DNA of 38,614 nucleotides from Candidatus Bathyarchaeia archaeon (GTDB lineage Archaea > Thermoproteota > Bathyarchaeia > TCS64): positions 1 through 38,614 of the forward strand of contig DASWLJ010000138.1 in NCBI GenBank assembly GCA_036396185.1, given 5' to 3'. The position numbers and the translations under genes are program-made. Each line of letters starts with the position of its first letter. The stretch's first letter is position 1. A model generated the notes under the pieces. The model did no database searches and had not been told where the DNA came from. It was given only the letters and a program-made list of their open reading frames with translations. Shown in pieces: positions 32,692-38,614 of the stretch.

Positions 32692-34089
32692 ATGTTGAAC
32701 GTCAACAACTTGATCCAGAGCCTGGACTTAGCCGAGTACGGTGTCCAGTATGCTCAGGCCAAGGGGGCTGAACACGCGGAGCTCTTCGTCTCGTCGGAAC
32801 ACTCCCAGAGAGCCCAGGTGGAGAAAGGCAAAACCTCCGTGATACAGAGCGTCACGGACTCCGGGGCCTTCATACGGCTCATAAAAAACGGCTACCTGGG
32901 AAGCGTAGTGTTCACCCAGCTTTCCAAGCAGGGGGTCACCGAGGCCGTTGAGACCGCAGTCAAACTCGCCAAAGTCATGCACACGGCCCAGGCAAGCTTC
33001 CCCGAGCCCCGCGGAGCCCAGGGCATCCACGTAAACGTGGACAGGAAGCTGGACCAGCTGCAGCCTGGGGACATCTACGAGTTCTCAAGGACCATGATCG
33101 AGTCCGTGAAGGAGAGCGGCTCAAAGGTGATGGCTACGGACGGTCTGTTCTCTTCCACCATCACCTCCATGGCCGTGGCCAACTCCAACGGCGTATCCGT
33201 GGCCGACGCCGGCTCGAAGCTCATAGTGAGTATGAGAACCAAGGCGAGGAAAACGGTGAACTGGGGGAGCGGGTACGAGTACCGGGTCGAGCCCAGCCTC
33301 AGGTACGTTGATCCTGAGGACGTTGGGAGAAAATCGGCCGAGCTTTCTCTAAGTTCTGTGAAGAAGAAGCGAATCAAGGCTGGCGATTACCCTGTAATAT
33401 TCGAGCCCCACGCGTTCGCGGACCTGGTTAAGTCTCTGCTAGTGCAGGCCGCGTTGGGCGTAAACATCGAGAAGAACGCGTCGTTTCTCTCCGGCAGGCA
33501 GGGGTCCGAGGTGGCCGACGCAGACTTCAGCCTGTATGATGAGGGCTTCTGCCACCGGGGCGCAAACAGGGGCTACGTGGACCACGAGGGCACCCCTATG
33601 CAGAGGACCCCGATAATAGAGAAAGGCGTATTCAAGGAGCCGCTCTACGACCACGCCTCGGCGGTGAGGGTAGGCAAGGCAAGCACAGGCAACGGGGTGC
33701 GCTTCTTCCTCCCAATCTACGATAGGCTCTACCGTTTCGTCCCCACGGTTGAGGGCACCAACCTCGTGGTTAAAAACGGAGGCTCAACGAGGGACGAGAT
33801 GATCGAGGGCGTGAAGGACGGCCTCCTCGTCACCTTCCTGGTCGGGTCTTGGTCCTTCAACTACGCCGATGGTAGCTTCTCGGCTGAGGCGCGCAACTGC
33901 TTCAAGATCGAGCGAGGCGAAGTAGCCTACGCAGTGGACGAGGCCACGGTCTCGGGGAACATCATGGAGCTGGTCAAGGGGCTACAGATAGGGGACAACC
34001 CACTGCAATCAAGGGGTTACGTGCCCCTCACGCCCTCCACCGTAATCACTCCCACGGTGAAGGCCGAAAATATAAGGATAGGAGCATGA
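32692..34089 (+). CDS. pmbA: PmbA/TldE-type partner subunit (no HExxxH)
   Basis: 465 aa, starting 4 nt after the tldD stop. PmbA_TldD family pattern (GLLVTFLVGSWSFNYADGSFSAEARNCFKIERGEV...) without the zinc motif. Confidence 0.9.
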   Translation: MLNVNNLIQSLDLAEYGVQYAQAKGAEHAELFVSSEHSQRAQVEKGKTSVIQSVTDSGAFIRLIKNGYLGSVVFTQLSKQGVTEAVETAVKLAKVMHTAQASFPEPRGAQGIHVNVDRKLDQLQPGDIYEFSRTMIESVKESGSKVMATDGLFSSTITSMAVANSNGVSVADAGSKLIVSMRTKARKTVNWGSGYEYRVEPSLRYVDPEDVGRKSAELSLSSVKKKRIKAGDYPVIFEPHAFADLVKSLLVQAALGVNIEKNASFLSGRQGSEVADADFSLYDEGFCHRGANRGYVDHEGTPMQRTPIIEKGVFKEPLYDHASAVRVGKASTGNGVRFFLPIYDRLYRFVPTVEGTNLVVKNGGSTRDEMIEGVKDGLLVTFLVGSWSFNYADGSFSAEARNCFKIERGEVAYAVDEATVSGNIMELVKGLQIGDNPLQSRGYVPLTPSTVITPTVKAENIRIGA

Positions 34090-34098
34090 TATGGTAAG

Positions 34099-35829
34099 AT
34101 GACAGAACCCGACATAACATTCGAGAACTTCTCGTTCTCCTACGAGGAGACCAAGGAGCCGGCCCTGAAGAACATCAACCTCAGGATCAAGAAGGGTGAA
34201 GTGGTGCTCGTAACTGGGCCAGCGGGAGCAGGCAAGAGCACCCTCTGCTGCTGCATAAACGGGCTAATACCCCACTTCTACAGCGGCAAGATCGAGGGAA
34301 AGATCCTCGTCAAAGGCGTCGACACCCAAGCCCTGACCATAGGGCAGCTAAACACCCAGGTCGGCCTGGTCTTCCAGGACCCCGAGAGCCAGCTCTTCAA
34401 CTTCACGGTGGAGGACGAGATCGCCTTCGGCCCCGAGAACTTGGGCATCGAGCCAGACAAGGTAAACGCACTCGTGGACGAGATGATCAGGAGGGTCAGG
34501 CTAGAGGGATACAACAAACGCAACCCACTGACCCTTTCAGGTGGGGAGAAACAGGCGTGCGCCATAGCCAGCATACTGGCCATGAGCCCCAACATAGTCA
34601 TATTCGATGAGCCGACGTCCAACCTCGACCCCATAGGGACCCAGAGCGTCCTCCAACTGATCACGGACCTCGCCAAACGGGAGAAGAAGACCATGATCAT
34701 AGTCGAGCACAACCTGGCCGACCTGGTAACCAAGGTGGACCGCATGATAGTCATGCAGGACGGCGGGATACTCTTCGACGACTCGCCGAAAGAGGTGTTC
34801 AGACATGTCGACAAGTTGAAGGAGATAGGCGTAAACATACCCCAGTCCACCCAGCTACTACTGAGACTGAGTGAGGCCAACCTGGTCCCCTCAGAGACCT
34901 GCATGACCATGAACGAGGTCTACGAGTTCATCTCCTCGAAGCTGGATGCAACAAGGTTTGAGAAGGCCAAGACCTACATCCTGGAGAAGGAGGAGGCGCC
35001 AGCAGGCACCGAGCCTATAATTGTCGTGGATAATCTGACTCACCTGTACCCCGAGGGCAACGTCGAGGCCTTGAGGGGAGTCAACCTCAAGGTATACCCT
35101 GGGGACTTCATGGCGATAATCGGGCAGAACGGCTCAGGTAAGACCACCCTGGTGAAGCACTTCAACGGGCTGCTGAAGCCGACCACGGGCAAGGTGTACG
35201 TGAAAGGCGTGGACACGAGCACATCGACGGTCGCCAAGCTGGCCAGGACAGTGGGATACTGCTTCCAGAACCCGGACCACCAGATAGTTAAGAACGTGGT
35301 GAGGGAGGAGATAGCTTTCGGCCCCAAGAACCTCGGTGTACCGGACGACGAGATAGAGAAGAGGATCGAGGAGATCACGACCAAGCTCAACATACACAAG
35401 TACTTGGATGAGGACCCTCACGAGCTCAGCAAAGGCAACAAGGCAAGGGTGAACCTCGCCGGCGTCCTAGCCATGAAGCCCGACGTCCTTATAGTGGATG
35501 AGCCCCTGACGGGCCAGGACTTCAAGGAGGCCAAGGCCATCATGGACCTACTGATGGACTTGAACAGGGAGGGCAAGACCATCATAATAATCACCCATGA
35601 GATGATGTTCGCCGCCGAGTACACGCGGAGGATCATAGTCATGAACAAGGGGGCCATGCTGTATGAGGGTACGCCCAAGCAGGTGTACACCAAGAAGGAC
35701 ATCCTTGAGGCGACCAGTCTCACGGAGCCCGAGATCACCCAGCTTGGCTTCAAGCTTTGCGGTGTCCCCGACATCACCACAATCGACGAACTCTATAACA
35801 TCATAGCGGGGAAGGAGGTGACTGGCTGA
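34099..35829 (+). CDS. ecfA: Fused double-NBD ECF/CbiO-type ABC ATPase (EcfA-EcfA')
   Basis: 576 aa. NBD1: GPAGAGKST, LSGGEKQ, VIFDEPTSNLD, VEH. NBD2: GQNGSGKTT, degenerate signature LSKGNKA, LIVDEPLTGQD, ITH. The N-terminal FSY...ALKNINL pattern is typical of ECF ATPases. Confidence 0.95.
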   Translation: MTEPDITFENFSFSYEETKEPALKNINLRIKKGEVVLVTGPAGAGKSTLCCCINGLIPHFYSGKIEGKILVKGVDTQALTIGQLNTQVGLVFQDPESQLFNFTVEDEIAFGPENLGIEPDKVNALVDEMIRRVRLEGYNKRNPLTLSGGEKQACAIASILAMSPNIVIFDEPTSNLDPIGTQSVLQLITDLAKREKKTMIIVEHNLADLVTKVDRMIVMQDGGILFDDSPKEVFRHVDKLKEIGVNIPQSTQLLLRLSEANLVPSETCMTMNEVYEFISSKLDATRFEKAKTYILEKEEAPAGTEPIIVVDNLTHLYPEGNVEALRGVNLKVYPGDFMAIIGQNGSGKTTLVKHFNGLLKPTTGKVYVKGVDTSTSTVAKLARTVGYCFQNPDHQIVKNVVREEIAFGPKNLGVPDDEIEKRIEEITTKLNIHKYLDEDPHELSKGNKARVNLAGVLAMKPDVLIVDEPLTGQDFKEAKAIMDLLMDLNREGKTIIIITHEMMFAAEYTRRIIVMNKGAMLYEGTPKQVYTKKDILEATSLTEPEITQLGFKLCGVPDITTIDELYNIIAGKEVTG

Positions 35830-36677
35830 TGGCCGTATTCATCGTGGGCAAGTCCTACTGGTATACTCTGGACCCTCGGGCCCGGGTCCTCTTCCTCATA
35901 GGCGTGTTCCTGGCGGCCTTCGCCTTCGACGATCCCATTCTTCTCTTCGTAGGTAACGTGTTGCTGATAACGTTCATCGTCCGCAACGAGCTTCCCCTGA
36001 AAAAGCTGTTCGGCTTGGTCAAGCCTCTGACATTCACCATGATAATATACATACTGATCACGGTACTCTGGATTAACCCGACGCCGGCGCAGTACAGGCT
36101 CCAGCCATTCATGTACCTGTGGCCCCAAGGGAACATGTTCCCGATAGACGCGGGGACTCTGCTATACTTGGTCGGCATAATTGAGAGGGTGTACATCATG
36201 ACCATCTCGGCGTGGTTTGTGACGATAACGCTGACGCCGCCCGAGCTGGTGTCGGCCCTGACGAAGTGGAGGCTGCCTCCCTCATTCGCGGTGGCCGGTG
36301 CAGCCAGCTTCGCCTCCCTACCCTTCTTCCAGTCCCTCATCGAGACCATAAAGGAGGCTCTCCAGTCGAAGGGGTGGGAGACGGAGCAGAAGGGCCTCAT
36401 GGGCACCATAAGGTCCTTCGTACCCATACTTTTCCCAGTCTTCTTCATGACGCTGAAGAGGTCCCAGGGACTGGCGCTGGCCATGGAGTGCAGGGGGATA
36501 AGCCAGATCGAGAAGAGGAAGCCCCGTAAGCAGCTAAAGTACACGGGCAGAGACTGGGTTTTCACCTTGTTCATCGTTGGTCTCGGCGTGTCCTGCCTTG
36601 TGCTCTACTACGGGTACGGCATAGGGTCAGTGAACATCACGATTGAGATGCTGAAGTCGATGGGCATCATCACCTGA
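35829..36677 (+). CDS. ecfT: ECF transporter T component (CbiQ family)
   Basis: 282 aa, polytopic. The ATG overlaps the ATPase stop (TGATG). It has the conserved Ala-Arg-Gly-type coupling helix region (LKRSQGLALAMECRGI). Confidence 0.88.
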   Translation: MAVFIVGKSYWYTLDPRARVLFLIGVFLAAFAFDDPILLFVGNVLLITFIVRNELPLKKLFGLVKPLTFTMIIYILITVLWINPTPAQYRLQPFMYLWPQGNMFPIDAGTLLYLVGIIERVYIMTISAWFVTITLTPPELVSALTKWRLPPSFAVAGAASFASLPFFQSLIETIKEALQSKGWETEQKGLMGTIRSFVPILFPVFFMTLKRSQGLALAMECRGISQIEKRKPRKQLKYTGRDWVFTLFIVGLGVSCLVLYYGYGIGSVNITIEMLKSMGIIT

Positions 36678-36707
36678 TTTTCTTTATTGTGTGGAGGTTG
36701 ACGGTGA

Positions 36708-37601
36708 TTGGTTAAGACAAACAAGGATAGGCTCCTAGAGCTGAACGTGATGGGGGAGGTTAACCACCCGCAGCTGATAGGAGGGAGAAGCTACATCACT
36801 ACATGGGATGGGCGCCCTAAGCTCTCCATGGGCTACGGAGGGATAAACTACAGTGTGAAGGTGGGTGACCCCGTCTTCGGGTGGGAGGAGGCCGACCACG
36901 CTGAGCCCGGGGTGTCGGTGAGCAACAAGGACTCCGGCTCCAACAACGCGCTCTGCTCCTACTCGTGCATAGGCAACGAGTCGCTGGTGCTCAGCGGGGA
37001 TGCAAAGGGCAGCCTGGGCACCGTGACAGGCAAATCGGGATACGTCACGATGCCTGACAGCGTCCTAGTCCACTTCGATGGGGAGACACTGCAGAAGCTG
37101 GCGATAGGCGACAAGGTCCAGGTCCGGACGAGGGGGCTGGGGCTCAAAGTAGAGGGCTTCGACCACGTCAAGGTATACGGATTGGACCCGGCGCTCCTGG
37201 AGAAGATGAGTGTCAGGGAAGGCGGCGGCCACCTCAAAGTGCCGGTGTCAATGGTTGTGCCCCCCCACCTCATGGGCCAGGGGGTCGGCGAACGGCCCAC
37301 TGAGTTCGGTTACTGGTGCATACAGACCACGTGCCCCCAGTCAGTTGAGGAAAACGGTCTCAGACGCCTTAGGATAGGCGACGTGGTCGCTCTCCTTGAC
37401 CAGTACTGTGGTTATGGTAGAGGCTACCTCAGGGGGGCTATGACCATAGGTGTGGTTATTCACGGGGCCAGCGACATAGCAGGCCACGGCCCAGGGGTCA
37501 ACCCAGTCATCACATGCAGGAGTGGGGAGGTTGTACCGAGGATAGACTCCGGGGCTAACATAGCGAGATACCTGGCGCTCAGGAAGGACCTTGGGTGGTA
37601 G
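36708..37601 (+). CDS. Uncharacterised conserved protein, paralog 1 (length and sequence reminiscent of DUF4438; unverified recollection)
   Basis: 297 aa with a TTG start preceded by GGAGGT. Soluble, Gly-rich (…VGDPVFGWEEADHAEPGVS…DQYCGYGRGYLRGAMTIGVVIHGASDIAGHGPGVNPVITCR…). Roughly half of the residues look identical to the next gene by eye. Confidence 0.85.
   Translation: MVKTNKDRLLELNVMGEVNHPQLIGGRSYITTWDGRPKLSMGYGGINYSVKVGDPVFGWEEADHAEPGVSVSNKDSGSNNALCSYSCIGNESLVLSGDAKGSLGTVTGKSGYVTMPDSVLVHFDGETLQKLAIGDKVQVRTRGLGLKVEGFDHVKVYGLDPALLEKMSVREGGGHLKVPVSMVVPPHLMGQGVGERPTEFGYWCIQTTCPQSVEENGLRRLRIGDVVALLDQYCGYGRGYLRGAMTIGVVIHGASDIAGHGPGVNPVITCRSGEVVPRIDSGANIARYLALRKDLGW
37398..37520 (+). repeat. 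Near-identical DNA tract shared by the two tandem paralogs (copy 1)
   Basis: My manual alignment with 38273-38395 shows the first 59 nt identical, 93 of the first 95 identical, and 115 of 123 overall. The rest of the two genes differs at many synonymous sites. Confidence 0.9.
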
Positions 37602-38467
37602 CGTTGATCGAGACGAACAAGGAGAAGCTGCTAAAAGTCGCGGTCATGGGCGAGATAGTTCACCCCATGGGGAGAAGGTTCTACAGCACGACCTGGGATG
37701 GCTCAACCAAGGTCAGCCTGGGGATGGATGGGATCACCTACAACGTGAGGGTGGGTGACCCGGTCTTCGGGTGGGCCTCGGCGGACCACGTGGAGCCCGG
37801 CGTATCACTGGTCAACAAGAACGAGGCCTACGACGTGGCCTTCGGAACCCTGTCCTGCATAGGAAACGAGGCCAAGGTGGTCTCAGGTGAAGCGAAGGGC
37901 TCACTGGGCTACGTCACGGGTAAACACTCCAACCTGCTAGCTTGGTTCAGGGACGAGGACATAGCGAAGATGGCCATAGGGGACAAGGTGCAGGTCAAGG
38001 TCTGGGGGGTAGGGCTCAAGATACACGGTTTCGACGACGTGAAAGTCGAGAAGATCGACCCCGAGCTCCTCGAATCCATGGGGATCACAGCTGAGAAAGG
38101 CAGGCTGGTGGTGCCTGTTGCCAAGGAGCTCCCGGCCTACATCATGGGGTCAGGCATCGGCCACTGGCCCATGGCGGAGTACGTGGACTACGACATCCAG
38201 ACGACCTGCCCGGAGGCCATCAGTGAGCTGGGGCTCGAGGATCTGCGGCTGGGAGACGTCGTTGCCTTGCAGGACCAGTACTGTGGTTATGGTAGAGGCT
38301 ACCTCAGGGGGGCTATGACCATAGGTGTGGTCATTCACGGTGCCAGCGACATAGCAGGCCACGGCCCGGGCGTTAACCCCGTCATCACGTGCAGAGCCAG
38401 TGAGGTTGTGCCGCAGATAGACGCCTGGGCTAACATAGCGAGATACCTGGGCATAGGAGGCGGGTGA
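37595..38467 (+). CDS. Uncharacterised conserved protein, paralog 2 of the preceding gene
   Basis: 290 aa. GTG 37595 overlaps the upstream stop by 7 nt. The alternative start TTG 37604 aligns with the paralog 1 N-terminus (IETNKEKLL versus VKTNKDRLL). Confidence 0.85.
   Translation: MVALIETNKEKLLKVAVMGEIVHPMGRRFYSTTWDGSTKVSLGMDGITYNVRVGDPVFGWASADHVEPGVSLVNKNEAYDVAFGTLSCIGNEAKVVSGEAKGSLGYVTGKHSNLLAWFRDEDIAKMAIGDKVQVKVWGVGLKIHGFDDVKVEKIDPELLESMGITAEKGRLVVPVAKELPAYIMGSGIGHWPMAEYVDYDIQTTCPEAISELGLEDLRLGDVVALQDQYCGYGRGYLRGAMTIGVVIHGASDIAGHGPGVNPVITCRASEVVPQIDAWANIARYLGIGGG
38273..38395 (+). repeat. Near-identical DNA tract shared by the two tandem paralogs (copy 2)
   Basis: See copy 1. Both copies encode the identical 41-aa segment DQYCGYGRGYLRGAMTIGVVIHGASDIAGHGPGVNPVITCR. 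Confidence 0.9.
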
Positions 38468-38471
38468 ACCC

Positions 38472-38614
38472 TTGGAGATAGTAAACGTAAACAGGATTAA
38501 GAAGACGAAGCTGGGCGGAGATCATGGTGGAGCCCTATTCCAGCGGGCTCTGGGTAGGGGAACAGATAAGCCGGACCTCATGATGTCGATGCGGGGGGTC
38601 TCAAGGATCACGGT
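38472..38614 (+). CDS. 5' end of a further same-strand ORF running off the window (unknown function)
   Basis: A TTG 5 nt after the previous stop opens a frame with no stop to the window end: (M)EIVNVNRIKKTKLGGDHGGALFQRALGRGTDKPDLMMSMRGVSRIT... It is too short for a family call. Confidence 0.3.
   Translation, partial: MEIVNVNRIKKTKLGGDHGGALFQRALGRGTDKPDLMMSMRGVSRIT

Noticed and set aside
35855-36574. 239-aa minus-strand ORF opposite the ECF T component (and similar shadows at 34278-34910, 35040-35399 and 35418-35780 opposite the ATPase)
   Set aside because: Ser/Met/Arg-rich antisense translations; the plus frames contain Walker, signature and CbiQ motifs.
1-38614. CRISPR arrays, rRNA/tRNA genes, IS elements, integrases, prophage or toxin-antitoxin/defence cassettes
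   Set aside because: I found no regularly spaced direct repeats, no rRNA-like or cloverleaf-compatible sequence in the spacers I inspected, and no transposase, integrase, nuclease or helicase-type translations. A tRNAscan-SE/Infernal run would be needed to exclude small RNAs formally.

Overview
This is a 38.6-kb archaeal chromosomal segment. The evidence is an Alba chromatin protein, an archaellin-type protein with a class III signal peptide, A/T-rich TATA-like boxes 20-30 nt upstream of many start codons (implying leaderless mRNAs), and frequent TTG/GTG starts. I can support about 40 protein-coding genes. I found no rRNA, tRNA, CRISPR array, transposase or integrase. Left to right the window holds: an M28 aminopeptidase; a frameshifted small ORF; a small wHTH-like protein; a GC-rich ORF-free stretch; alba; a four-gene, lower-GC operon of secreted or membrane-anchored Ig-fold proteins (IPT/PKD/CARDB-like, one with an apparently extracellular MgtE_N-like acidic helical repeat); a small C2H2 zinc-finger protein; gamma-glutamyltranspeptidase, a DUF3303-like protein and formamidase; an orphan CheY-like receiver; a secreted MBL-fold hydrolase; a KaiC-centred module (membrane protein with a degenerate KaiC-like domain, a KaiC-like ATPase co-transcribed with a GH3-type adenylating enzyme, a double-wHTH regulator); pstSCAB; an M19 dipeptidase; an orphan archaellin gene; and an RHH-V4R-GAF regulator. 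That regulator is divergent from the most unusual block. This block is an ECF-type transporter operon (S component, fused A-A' ATPase, T component) with a TldD/TldE protease pair inserted in it. It is followed by two tandem paralogs of an uncharacterised ~290-aa family that share a near-identical DNA tract. All functional calls come from reading the translations (motif recognition), not from database searches.
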